Shown here piece after piece: positions 1 through 18,261 of a DNA stretch of 64,000 nucleotides. The position numbers were made by a program, and so were the translations under genes. Origin of the DNA: the human T2T-CHM13v2.0 reference genome, Homo sapiens; NCBI RefSeq assembly GCF_009914755.1, contig NC_060943.1. One strand, 5' to 3'. The notes beneath the pieces were generated by a model that had not been told where the DNA came from, searched no databases, and saw only the letters and a program-made list of their open reading frames with translations. The first letter of the stretch is position 1, and the number at the start of each line of letters is the position of its first letter.

Positions 1-495
1 GACCACCTCTTTGGGTTTGATTAATTTGCTGTAGCAGCTCACAGAACTCAGAGAGACACTGACGTTTCCTGGTTGAATACAAAGCACACTGCAGAGGACA
101 CAGATGAAGAGACTCATAGGAGGAGGCATGGGGGAAGGGGCGCAGGGCTTCCATACCCTCCCTGGGCATCACCCTCCAGGAGTCTCCACATGCTCAACCA
201 CCCAGAAACCCACGAAACCCAGTCTTCTTGGGTTTTTATGAAGCTTCATGATGTCAGTATTTCCTCCCACAAGGAACAGGCTGAGACCATCTTCTGGGAG
301 GGTCTTAAGAGCCACCATCAGAAAGGCAGGGACATTAGAGTCTTGCCTTGGGCAGGTGAAGGAAGGGCAGGAGGAGGTCAGAGGCCTCCCCTAAGGCCTA
401 ACACAGCCAATGTTATAACAAAAGACTGTAACAAGGGCTATGGAGCTATGAGCCAGGAACCGCAGGTGAAAACCAGTGTGTATCACAACATCACA
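1..495. mobile_element. LTR, MER21-like (ERVL), partial at window edge
   Basis: Motifs 'ttaatttgct..agcagctcacagaactcag' and 'ataacaaaagactgtaacaagggctatgg' resemble MER21 as recalled; ends in ...CA. Confidence 0.55.
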
Positions 496-582
496 CTTCC
501 CTCTCCGGACACACTGTGGCTTGCCATGCCATGCACTCCAGATTGTAATCCTTGCTTCTCACTCCCAAATAAACTCAAAATC

Positions 583-823
583 CAGACAACCCTGGAGCAA
601 CGCAGCCTTGAATTCCTGGGGTCTCTTATATGCACACTTTTTTCAACCAAACGGGGGTCAAAACTGTAGCATTTGTGGGATGCAAGACTTGTGTATATGA
701 ACGGCAGACTTTTCCTATATGCAGGCCCAGCAGAGACAATGTCGGGGCTGGAGTACGAGCAGGTGTTGGTGCATGTAGGGGGTACTGAAACGAATTGCCT
801 GTGTATCCCAAGAAACAACTCTA
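583..823 (-). mobile_element. MER8-like (Tigger-derived) DNA transposon
   Basis: About 240 bp whose reverse complement follows the MER8 consensus as recalled, with degenerate terminal inverted repeats. Confidence 0.55.
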
Positions 824-896
824 CTGAGAGATCATATTCTCTAGGGGTTTATTTTTGTTTTTATTTTTATTTTAAGTTAAAGCTTCGGGTAGAACA

Positions 897-974
897 CCCA
901 GTGTCTCCTTGTCCATCTGAAGAAGATGCTGCTATGTGGAAGCACATCCTTGAGATCCACAAGGAGACACTGGG
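897..974 (-). ncRNA. Stem-loop, miR-4752-like pre-miRNA paralog
   Basis: Perfect 16-bp inverted repeat cccagtgtctccttgt (897-912) / acaaggagacactggg (959-974) plus imperfect inner stem. Minus strand 962-941 reads TTGTGGATCTCAAGGATGTGCT, which I recall as mature miR-4752. Confidence 0.55.
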
Positions 975-1894
975 CAAGGAGACGAGGGTGCCCCACTGTG
1001 CAGAAGTCTCCCTAATAAATGATCTATGAACACCCTGGTGTTTAGTGCTTCTTTCTTTGGAATCCCAGCAGCTCTGTCACTGGACGGTTTGGTGCACTCC
1101 CTTGAGGGAATTCCCCTGGGCTGCTTGGGGTCCACTCCAGCCTCAGGTGTAGCTGGAGGACGCAGCCTCCCACCTTGGTCTGGAGCCCTGAGCCCCTCAC
1201 TGTCATTGCAGATCCCGAGGTTCCTCTCCTGGCTCCACTCAGTGGTGGAAACCTCCACCCTAATGAGCCCTTGATGGTCCCAGGTCCCTGTGGCATCTCA
1301 CCTGTGGCCTCTGTTCTTTCCTGTGGATCCATCTACACTTGGGAACTTCCACATCTCTTTTTCTGCTCATGACATTGATGCTCTGGGTATTTCAGAAATG
1401 CCCAGATAGATGGACAAATACACGTCCATCTATCCATTAGGGTCAGATGTGAGATCCAGAGTGGACACATCAATCACCTACGTAGACTGTGGAGTCCAAC
1501 GCCAAGATCCTCTTATGTCCCAAACACCTCAGGTCTTACCCTGGTCTGGAAATCAAGCACAAATGAGCCCCTCCTAATGTTCCAGCACCACTGACCGTAC
1601 AACCACTGTCACGAGTGGGATTTGTGACAACAGTCGGCAAAGGAAGAATCTGAGGCTCAGAGATGGTTCATTACCGCCCGAGGTCACGTAGGCAGTGGAT
1701 GATAACCAGTCGTTGAATAAATATAACTCCCCCCCAACTCCCCAAATCAAAGCTCAAATATAAGTCATTGTTCCCAAAGCGTTGAACAGGGATTGAGGTG
1801 CAGAGGGACGGCCAAGTAAGCAAAGGGCACCGAGGAGGCAGGAAAGACTCAGAGATTTGTTCCCGGGGGGTGGGGTTGGACACTGTAGCAAAAT

Positions 1895-2141
1895 ATTTTA
1901 AAAAGGGGAAGTTAAGAGGGGACTATTTGGTTGAAAGAAAACCCACAATCCAGTGTCAAGAAAGAAGTCAACTTTTCTTCCCTATTTCCCTGCATTTCTC
2001 TTCTGTGCTCGCTGCCACACGCAGCTCAGCCTGGGCGGCACAGCCAGATGCGAGATGCGTCTCTGCTGATCTGAGTCTGCCTGCAGCATGGACCTGGGTC
2101 TTCCCTGAAGCATCTCCAGGGCTGGAGGGACGACTGCCATG
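1895..2141 (+). promoter_or_regulatory. LILRB1: LILRB1 upstream promoter region and 5' non-coding exon
   Basis: PU.1/ETS-like aaaaggggaagt at about 1901-1912; exon ends ...GCCATG|gtaagg (donor 2142); paralogous block at 15230-15477. Confidence 0.7.
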
Positions 2142-2424
2142 GTAAGGACCCCACAACGCTGAGCTGATGGACGGCTGAAGGAGGGAGGGTGACCATGTGG
2201 GAGGCTGTGAGAAGGAAGGAGATGCCTCCGCTACCCTCGTCAGGAAGGGCAGACACAGGAAGGAACCAGTTTTATTTGCTGCTACATCCTGGCTCTCAGT
2301 GGGATGAAAACAAACCAGACAGACGGTGGCTGGGGGTCAGGAAAGGGCCCATTACCATCTGAAATGATGCAGAGGGCCTAGTGACTGCCCCCACCTCAGC
2401 CCTAATGGAATGAGAGCAAGGGTC

Positions 2425-2455
2425 CTGGGGAGGGCAGTTCCACTTCCTGTGTGGC
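2425..2455 (+). promoter_or_regulatory. LILRB1: LILRB1 proximal TATA-less promoter core (Sp1-like and ETS/PU.1 motifs)
   Basis: gggagggc followed by cagttccacttcctgt about 140 nt before the ATG; similar motif before LILRB4 (about 34395-34414). LILR proximal promoters are known to use PU.1 and Sp1. Confidence 0.6.
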
Positions 2456-2581
2456 TGCAGATGACAGCACCCCATGAGAAGAAGGACCCAGCCTCCGATT
2501 GGCCACACTCTGTGTGTCTCTCTATCCTGCCAGCACCGAGGGCTCATCCATCCACAGAGCAGGGCAGTGGGAGGAGACGCC

Positions 2582-8386
<5,805 letters not shown>

Positions 8387-8559
8387 CCCAGGGGGGGACG
8401 CAGACCCCACACTCCATGGAGTCTGGAATGCATGGGAGCTGCCCCCCCAGTGGACACCATTGGACCCCACCCAGCCTGGATCTACCCCAGGAGACTCTGG
8501 GAACTTTTAGGGGTCACTCAATTCTGCAGTATAAATAACTAATGTCTCTACAATTTTGA

Positions 8560-8565
8560 AATAAA
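8560..8565 (+). terminator. LILRB1: LILRB1 polyadenylation signal
   Basis: AATAAA about 175 nt after the stop codon. Confidence 0.75.
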
Positions 8566-8753
8566 GCAACAGACTTCTCAATAATCAATGAAGTAGCTGA
8601 GAAAACTAAGTCAGAAAGTGCATTAAACTGAATCACAATGTAAATATTACACATCAAGCGATGAAACTGGAAAACTACAAGCCACGAATGAATGAATTAG
8701 GAAAGAAAAAAAGTAGGAAATGAATGATCTTGGCTTTCCTATAAGAAATTTAG

Positions 8754-9053
8754 GGCAGGGCACGGTGGCTCACGCCTGTAATTCCAGCACTTTGGGAGGC
8801 CGAGGCGGGCAGATCACGAGTTCAGGAGATCGAGACCATCTTGGCCAACATGGTGAAACCCTGTCTCTCCTAAAAATACAAAAATTAGCTGGATGTGGTG
8901 GCAGTGCCTGTAATCCCAGCTATTTGGGAGGCTGAGGCAGGAGAATCGCTTGAACCAGGGAGTCAGAGGTTTCAGTGAGCCAAGATCGCACCACTGCTCT
9001 CCAGCCTGGCGACAGAGGGAGACTCCATCTCAAATTAAAAAAAAAAAAAAAAA
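8754..9053 (+). mobile_element. Alu (S subfamily)
   Basis: Dimeric Alu with A-rich linker and poly-A tail. Confidence 0.92.
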
Positions 9054-9636
9054 AGAAAGAAAAAGAGAAAAAAGAAATTTAGAAGAATAACAAGTTATTC
9101 CAAATGAAGGCGTAAGAAAGGGAATAATAACAATAATAAGAGGAGTTGTTCATGAGGAAAAACCAAAGCTTGAAAATTCAACAAAGCCAGTGAAGCTCAT
9201 TCTTGAAAACATGAATCACACTCATGAATTCTAACTACAATGAAAAAGAGAAAGAAAGAGCAGGCATGCATTTCCATATGGGAGTGAGCCAGCAGACAGC
9301 CCTACAGATCGTACACACGTTTTCCAAAACTAACAATGGAACAGGCGGCAAACCTATGCCAATATACTAGAAATTGCAGATTAAATAGATGAAATATTCT
9401 AAACTGGAGTTTACATAATGAACATAAGAGTAATCAGAGAATCTGACTCATTTTAGATGTGTGTGTGTGTGTATATATATGTGTGTGTGTGTGAAAAACA
9501 TTGACTATAATAAAAATAATCTCGAGTTCACGAAGCTTCATTGGTGATTTCTTACAAATATTGACACACTAATGAAACACACAAACACACCCAGAGCATC
9601 ACAAATGTTTCTTGAGAATAGAAAAAGTGGCAATGT

Positions 9637-9939
<303 letters not shown>

Positions 9940-10049
9940 TCATGACATATAAAATAGAATTTTCCATTCTATAACAGGCATATTTTAAACTCTACAGTTT
10001 TTCTGTTTCAAAATAATATTTTTTTAAATTTTATTTTAATGTTTTACTT

Positions 10050-10875
10050 TATTTTATTTGGCAGTTTAAAATTCTACATATTTAGGATGTGCAACATGGT
10101 ATTTTAATATGCCTGTGAAATCGCTAGGTCAAGCTAATTAACATCTGTAACATCACGTAGTTATCTTTCTGTTAAGAGAACATTTAAAATCCACTTTCTT
10201 ACCAATTTTCGCGTATGCAATCCATTGTTAGCAACTGTAGTCACCATACTGTACAACAGATCTCCTAAACTTACTCCTCCTGTCCAACTGAAGTGCGGTA
10301 TCCTTCGATGCAGCTCTCTGATTCCACCCCAGCCCAGCTCCCGGGGACCACCTTCTACTCTCTACTTCCATGAGTTCAACTGGGGCAATCCGCACATAAG
10401 TGAGATCAGGCAGCAGGTGTCTTCCCGTGCCTTCTTTATTCCGCGTAGCGTGACGTCCTCTAGGCTCGTCCATGTTGTCACAAATGAAACAATTTCCTTC
10501 TTCTAGAAGGCGGAATAGTTTTTCGCTGTGTTTATACTGAGCGCTTCATTTTCTGTATCCATTCGCCTGCTGATGGACGCTTGGCCGGGTTCCATGTCTT
10601 GGTTATGGTGGCTAAAGCTGTCATGAACATGGGAGGGCGGGCATCTCTTCAACGTACTGATTCCATTTCCTTTAGATACACACCCAGCAGTGAAATTGTT
10701 GAAACACAGGGTAGCTCTGATCATTAACTTCTGAAAAACATCTATAGTATTTTTGTGGTCATTGTACTCATTTACATTACCACTAGCGGAGGGCAGCGGT
10801 TCTATTTTTTCTACATTCTCGCTAACACTTGTTATTCTACTCTTTTTCATAGTAACCATCCTAACAGATGTGAGG
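10050..10875 (-). mobile_element. Old L1 (L1MA/MB-like) 3' fragment
   Basis: Minus-strand translation resembles the L1 ORF2 C-terminus (SVSENVEKIEPL...); L1M-type 3' UTR motifs. Confidence 0.75.
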
Positions 10876-11769
10876 TTATAGCTTCTTAAAGTTTATATGT
10901 ATGTAAGTATATGCCTATATGTATATATGCAAATGTATGTATTCATACATAAACATCCATACGTACATATGTGCAGATACGTATGTACATATATATGCAT
11001 GTGTATTGTATGTATATATGTATACACAGGTATACACATATATGTGTAGAAAGTGAAATTTTGCAGTGAGATATCACCTCACAGCTGTTAGATTGCCTAT
11101 TATCAGAATGGTGAAAGATCAGTGTTGGTGAGCATGAGGAGAAAAAATCCTTACACACCATTGGTGGACATGTAAATTAACACAGCCATTTTAGAAAACA
11201 GTATGGAAGCTCCTCAAAAAACTAAACATGCCACCACCATATAATCCAGCAAGCCCACTGCTGGGTGTATACCAGAAGAAATGAAATCGGCCACAGAAGA
11301 GACGTCCACACTCCTAAGCTCATTGCAGCACTATTCACAATTGCCAAGTTACAAAAACAATTCTATATTTTTGAAAAAGGATTCATTTCTCCTGTCCCTG
11401 TAGAGAAAACGGGCTCAAATTACACATTAGCTGAGCTCTGAGTACTCACTCATGTGTGTATCTATGAGGGTGCATGTTCGTGTGTGTTTCAGTATGTGGT
11501 TTTTCCATTCTGTGTACTCACCCATGTCTGTAACTATGAGGGTGCATGTTCACGTGTGTGTGTGTGTGTTTCAGTGTGTGGTTTTTCCCATTTTTCCTCC
11601 CTTGAGGATATCGCATTGTATGTTTTGGATTCTTTGATCTTCCAATTAAATTACATCATTTAGAATTGCTTTCACTAAGTGTGAAACAATAAAAATTTTT
11701 TTTAATTGTGGCTCTGGAAATACCTTCCTTTCCCTTTCACTCTGTATCAAGATTTGTAAATTTTTTAAA

Positions 11770-12850
11770 ATTTTTGTTGTTATTTTAAGTTCTGGGGCAC
11801 ATGTGCAGGATCTGCAGGTTTGTTACACAGGTAAACATGTGCCATGGTGGTTTGCTGCACCTGTCAACCCATCACCTAGGTATTAAGCCCAGCATGCATT
11901 GGCTGTTGTTCCTAATCCTCTCCCTGTCCCAACTCACCCTCCTCCAACAGGTCCCAGTGTGTGCTGTCCCCCTCCCTGTGTTCATGTGATCTCACTGTTC
12001 AGCTCCCACTTATAAGTGAGAACATGCAGTGTTTGGTTTTCTGTTCCTGCATTGGTTTGCTGAGGATAATGGCTTCCAGCTCCATCCATGTCCCTGCCAA
12101 GGACATGATATTGTTCCTTTTTATGGATGCATAGTATTCCATGGTGTATATGTATCACATTTTCTTTATCCAGTCTATCATTGATGGGCATTTGGGTTGA
12201 TTCCAGGTCTTTGCTACTATGAATAGTGTTGCAAAAAACATATGCATGCATGTATCTTTGTAATAGAATGATTTATATTCCTTTGGGTATATACCCAGGG
12301 ATTGCTGAGTCAAATGGTATTTCTGGTTCTAGATCTTTGAGGAATCACCACACCATCTTCCACAATGGTTGAACTAATTACATTCCCACTAACAGTGTAA
12401 AAGCATTTCTATTTCTCTGCAACCTCACCGGCATCTGTTTCTCCTTGACTTTTTGATAATCGCAATTCCAACTGGTGTGAGATGGTATCCCATTGAGGTT
12501 TTGACTTGCATTTCTCTAATGACCAGTGATGTTGAGCTTTGTTCCATGTTTCCTGGCCACATGAATGTCTTCTTTTGACAAGTGTCTGCTCATGCCTTTT
12601 GCCCACTTATTAATGTTTTATTCCTGTAAATTTGTTTAAGTTCCTTGTGGATTCTGGATGTTAGACCTTTGTCAGATGGACAGATTGCAAAAATTGTCTC
12701 CCATTCTGTAGCTTGTCTGTTCGCTCTGATAATGGTTTCTCTTGCTGTGCAGACGCTCTTTAGTTTAATTTGATCCCATTTGTCAATTTTAGCTTTTGTT
12801 GCAATTGCTTTTGGTGATTTCGTCATGAAGTCTTTGCCCATCTTTGTCCT
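11770..12850 (-). mobile_element. L1PA, 5'-truncated
   Basis: ORF2 C-terminal peptide [23 protein letters not shown] plus primate L1 3' UTR; 28-bp tandem duplication (12841-12896) at the truncation end. Confidence 0.92.
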
Positions 12851-13292
12851 GAATTATATTAAATAAAGTCTTTGTCCTGAATTATATTAAATAAAGCATA
12901 AGGGAAAAGATGTAGAAGGGAAAGTACATGTAATGGTTAAGGCGTCTACTGCCAATCCCTCCCCGTTCCTCAAGATGAAGCCTGACATGCTGGGTTTAAT
13001 GTGTGAGACAAGCTGCCGACAGGTCGTTTGCCTTTGTCTTTAATAATTTAGATTAACACAGAAATCTTCACCATGAATTTCTGAAGGCCTTTCTTTAGTA
13101 TCTCCTGGTGTTGAATTTGCTGTTGGAAGGTCCAATCCCAGTGAGCATGCAAATCCATTGGAAATAATTTGCATTTTTACAAATAAATAATTTTAGGATT
13201 TTTTTTTTGTTTCCAGGACAGACTTCCTTGTATTTTTTTAATGAGTTAAAAATTATATAATATAAAAATAACATTTAAAAACCCACAATTCA

Positions 13293-13615
<323 letters not shown>

Positions 13616-14699
13616 TCAGCCTAGGATATGTTTATTAAATTTACATTTGTCTTTTTGCTTAAGATTGCTTTGGTATTCGTCCTCTTTTTGGTTCCATATG
13701 AATTTTAGGATTGTTTTTTCTAATTCTGTGAAAAAAATGATGTTGATATTTTGATGGGAATTGCATTGAATCTAAATATTGCTTTGGGAAGTGTGATCAT
13801 TTTCACAATATTGATTCTTCCAATCCATGAGCATGGGATATATTTCTATTTTGCTGTGTCATCTACAATTTCTTTCAGCAGCATTTTGTTGTTCTTCTTG
13901 TAGAGATCTTTCACCTCCTCGGCTAGGTATATACTTAGATATTTTTAATTTTTGCAACTGATGTACAAGGGATTGAGTTTTGCAGCAACCTGGATGAGCT
14001 GGAGGCCATTATTCATGACACCACATCCAGCTAATTTTTGTATTTTTTGTAGAGATGCGGTTTTGCCATGTTGCCCAGGCTGGTCTTGAACTCCTGGGCC
14101 CAAGTGACCCGCCCGCCTTGACCTCCCAAAGTGCTGGGACTGCAGGCATGAGCCACGGTGCCCGGCCTATCATAGCACTTTTGATCATTGGGATAATTCC
14201 TCCTCCTTGTCATTTTTGGACACATGCTTCCCACATGCCTCATCTTCCAGAGAGGGTTTCCACCAGGGCTGTGCTGGGAGTTAAGGCTGGAAAAGGGGAG
14301 ATGGTTCCAGCTGCCAGTGCCACATGAGTCTACTCAGGGCTGTAACCAGCAGGGAAGGTCCAGTGTGAGCCTCAGACTCGCATGTGGGACAGACGCCCAT
14401 GTGTGACAACGCTGCAGTGAATCTGTTTCACACACATGGAGGAGGCGGCTCAGGGCTGACCATGGACCTGAGTCAATGAGCAGAGATATCCCAGTGCCAT
14501 CCACAAACACAGGGGAGAAGGAGCCACAACTTCTCACTTTCATCCAAAACCCCGACCCCTCCCTGTCTGTGAGGGCCTGGGGTTCTCCTCTGTCTCATAC
14601 AGAGGCAGAAACCTCCCCCTTAGTGACCCCCAGACTTTGCAAGTCACCAGCAGCCGCTCGGCTCTGGCCTCTTCTGCTTCTTAAGGTTTCCTGCCTATG

Positions 14700-16085
14700 A
14701 CAGGAAGTCTCATTTCTCATTTTCTTCATCGGACCATGGCTACATATTTCAGACACATTATAAGTAGGTTTTCCCAATGTTAGGAGCAGATGTGGGCTGT
14801 TGAGCATTTAAGTTGCTCACCGTGACTGTGCAGTCCAACACCAGGATCCACTCATGTTTCAGCCCCTCAAGACTTAACCCGGTCTGGAAATGTACCATGA
14901 CTGAGGCCCTCCCATGACCCAGGCACCACTGGCCCCCAAAACCACTCAGGAGGGGGGTTCATGACAACAGGCTCCAAATGAGGAAACCGAGGCTCAGAGA
15001 TGGGACTTACTGCCCAAGGTCATGCACGCAGGGATGAAGGTGAGCAATTCAGAAAAAATTAACTCCCTATCCCACCGCCAAATCAGAGCTCAAGACAAGT
15101 ACTTGTTCCCAAAACCTTGAAGGCAGACTGAGATGCAGGGGAATGCCCAAGGAAGCGGGGCTGGGGGTGGGAGGGACCCCGAGGAGGCAGGAATGACTCA
15201 GAGGTTACTTTTAAGGGAAGGGGAGCTGAACGCTATTAAAAAATAGGAAGAAAAAAAGAAGGGAAGTCTAAGAAGGAAACTGGAAGAAATAAAACCCATA
15301 CTCCAAAGACAAAAGAAGAGTCAGCATTTCTTTATTTCTCCTTTTTTTCTCATTGCCAATTGCAGCTCAACTTGAATTTCACAGCCCGATGTGAGATGCG
15401 TCTCTGCTGATCTGAGCCTGTCCTGCAGCATGGACCTGCAACTTTCCTGAAGCATCTCCAGGGCTGGATGCCATGGTAAGGATCCCGCAATGCTGTGTTG
15501 ATGGACGGGCTGAAGGAGGGAAGGAGACCCCACGGGGAGGCTCTGAGAAGAAGAAAAAGCCCCCAGTCACTCTCACTTGGACAGGACAGACTCAGAAAGG
15601 TGCTGTGTCCTGTGTCCTGACCCTTGATGAGATGAGGACAGATGAGGCAAATCGCAGAAAAGGGTCAGGGAGATACCATTTCTGTATGAAATATCTGAAG
15701 ACAGCCTGGTGCCTGCCCCAGTCCCAGCCTTGGGGAAATGAAAGCCAGGCTCCTGGAGAGGGCAGTTCCCCTTCTTGTGGGGCTGATGACGGGACAACCT
15801 CGTGATGGAGAACCCAGGCTCCCAGTAGATTTACTCCATCCAGGAACTGTGGTCTCGTCCATCTGCACAGCCAGGGGCTGTGGAGGAGATGCCATGACTT
15901 CCACCCGCAAACCTCTGATCTGTCTTGATGAAATTGAAAGAGGGAGAGGGGAGACTGTAGCCTGGAAGGAATCCCACCTCACAACTTGGTCCTGATTGAA
16001 TAGAAGACTCCAGAGGTTCACAGAGATCCCAAGGTGGGGAGGATCTGCCCAGGGTTCAGGAGGCGAATCTCCCTCAGGAAGCTCC
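14700..16085 (+). pseudogene. Headless LILR 5' relic: promoter, intact non-coding exon (donor 15476) and dead leader exon; probable distal first exon of LILRB4
   Basis: Colinear with LILRB1 about 1300-2770. Leader ATG 15894 gives MTSTRKPLICL but its donor is GT>AT at 15928; no Ig exons follow. Link to LILRB4 is inference plus recollection of annotation. Confidence 0.75.
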
Positions 16086-16117
16086 GTGACCCCCTCCTTA
16101 GTGTCGCTCCTGTGCCT

Positions 16118-16975
16118 CAGTGGGATTTGGAGAGGATGCCTTAGATTAGAGGGTATTGTTCAGTGGGATTTGGAGAGGATGCCTTAGATTAGAGAGTATT
16201 GTTCAGTGGGATTTGGAAAAGATGCCTTAGATTAGAGGGTATTGTTCAGTGGGATTTGGAGAGGATGCCTTAGATTAGAGGGTATTGTTCAGTGGGATTT
16301 GGAGAGGATGCCTTAGATTAGAGGATATTGTTCAGTGGGATTTGGAGAGGATGCCTTAGATTAGAAGGTATTGTTCAGTGGGATTTGGAGAGGATGCCTT
16401 AGATTAGAGGGTATTGTTCAGTGGGATTTGGAGAGGATGCCTTAGATTAGAGGATATTGTTCAGTGGGATTTGGAGAGGATGCCTTAGATTAGAGGGTAT
16501 TGTTCAGTGGGATTTGGAGAGGATGCCTTAGATTAGAGGATATTGTTCAGTGGGATTTGGAGAGGATGCCTTAGATTAGAGGGTATTGTTCAGTGGGATT
16601 TGGAGAGGATGCCTTAGATTAGAGGGTATTGTTCAGTGGGATTTGGAGAGGATGCCTTAGATTAGAGGATATTGTTCAGTGGGATTTGGAGAGGATGCCT
16701 TAGATTAGAGGATATTGTTCAGTGGGATTTGGAGAGGATGCCTTAGATTAGAGGGTATTGTTCAGTGGGATTTGGAGAGGATGCCTTAGATTAGAGGATA
16801 TTGTTCAGTGGGATTTGGAGAGGATGCCTTAGATTAGAGGATATTGTTCAGTGGGATTTGGAGAGGACGCCTTAGATTAGAGGTATTGTTCAGTGGGATT
16901 AGGAGAGGACACCTTAGATTAGAGGGTATTGTTCAGTGGGATTTGGAGAGGATGCCTTAGATTAGAGGGTATTGT
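16118..16975. repeat. Minisatellite, 43-bp unit x20
   Basis: Unit cagtgggatttggagaggatgccttagattagagg(g/a)tattgtt, head-to-tail with no spacers; unit starts 16118, 16161 ... 16934. Confidence 0.97.
16312..16848 (+). ncRNA. MIR8061: Annotated miR-8061 sequence within the minisatellite (7 exact copies)
   Basis: cttagattagaggatattgtt in units 5, 8, 10, 13, 14, 16, 17 matches mature miR-8061 as recalled, and the locus position fits. No strong hairpin visible. Confidence 0.5.
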
Positions 16976-17274
16976 GTCTTTCAGCAACAAAACCGTACAA
17001 AAAACACCTGGGCATTTCACATCAGTGGATAAAGCATATCTTGTGCCAAATCAGGACCAAACTGCGGTGAAATTTAGGGTTCACACTACAGTTAATCACT
17101 TTTGAGGAAAGCATTCCAGGTTGGTGCCTATCTCTGTGATAAACATCTCCCTTCCTGGCTACAGGTAATGGATTAAAGTAACACTGGCCGAACAGACACT
17201 ATCTTCACTTGATGATTATACTGAAAAATAGCCATAAAATTGTTCCCTCCAAATCCAATTCCCCTTTTGACTTT

Positions 17275-17346
17275 AGACAATTCTCTAAAGAAGATATACA
17301 AATGGCCAACAAACATATAAAAAACATGTATATATGCGTATATATA

Positions 17347-17392
<46 letters not shown>

Positions 17393-17765
17393 ATGGAATA
17401 CTTCAGTCATAAAAAGGAACAAAATAATGGCATTCGCAGCAACCTGGAGGCAGTTGGAGACCACTATTCTAAGTGAAATAACTCAGGAATGGAAAACCAT
17501 CATCATATGTTCTCATAAGTGGGAGCTAAGCTATGAGGATGTAAAGGCATAAGAAGGATATAATGGACTCTGGGGACCCAGGGGGAGCAATGGGAGGGGG
17601 TGAGGGATAAAAGACTACGCATTGGGTACAGTGTACACTGCTCGGGTGATGGGTGTTCCAAAATCTCAAAAATCACCACTAAAGAACTTATGCATGCAAC
17701 CAAACACCACCTGTTCCCCCAAAACTACTGAAACTTAAAAATAAATAAATAGATAAAAATAAATT
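17275..17765 (+). mobile_element. L1 (L1PB/L1MA-like) 3' end with (TA)n/(CA)n tract
   Basis: FSKEDIQMANKH peptide, L1 3' UTR, A-rich tail. Confidence 0.8.
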
Positions 17766-17784
17766 CACCACATTCAAAATGACA

Positions 17785-18260
17785 ACCGCTGAAGCCCCAG
17801 TGGGCGCATGTTACAGGGTGCTCTTTTAGTTTCGGCCTTCCATAGGCAACTTGTGTGTATCAGCTCCATTAGACCCCTGCCTTCCTGCAAGGACAGACGG
17901 CTCTCTGTATCCCAGGGTTCTCGCCTTGGTGTACCGGAAGAACCGGATCACATGAGGGCTTGGAGAATGAGTGCAAGGTTTGATTGAGTGGAAACAGCTC
18001 TCAGCAGAAGGGCGATGGTTTTCTCCTGGAGTCGGGCCCCTGGCGGCCCGGGATCCTCTCTGACTGTCCCAGCCAAGCTCCATGTCGTTCTGCCAGTCGG
18101 TGGCCTGTGGTGTGCTGGTGCCCGTCCTTGCGTTCCTCTCGACATCCAGCCATCTGTGTGTTCCTGCACTGACGTGCTCCTCTCAGCCGCCAGTGTCTTC
18201 TTCTTCCGCTGATCTGCGGACGTCCAGCTGCTTGTGTGTCTGCCTGCTCAGGTCTCGGAG
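17785..18260. mobile_element. ERV1 LTR fragment (MER52/LTR27-28-like)
   Basis: 'ggatcac..gggcttggagaatgagtgcaaggttt' motif typical of this LTR group (recalled). Confidence 0.55.
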
Positions 18261-18261
18261 T

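Noticed and set aside
73-669. 198-aa ORF
   Set aside because: Spans LTR and MER8-like repeats, non-ATG start, no recognisable domain.
11443-11595. Imperfect tandem duplication of about 75 bp with (GT)n
   Set aside because: Ordinary slippage-type duplication with no functional signal.
16118-16975. CRISPR-like regular array
   Set aside because: Units are head-to-tail with no unique spacers, no cas genes, human context: a minisatellite.
17785-18260. LTR half that seems to continue at 63038-63260
   Set aside because: The pieces overlap by only about 25 nt with mismatches and no shared TSD; independent fragments are as likely.
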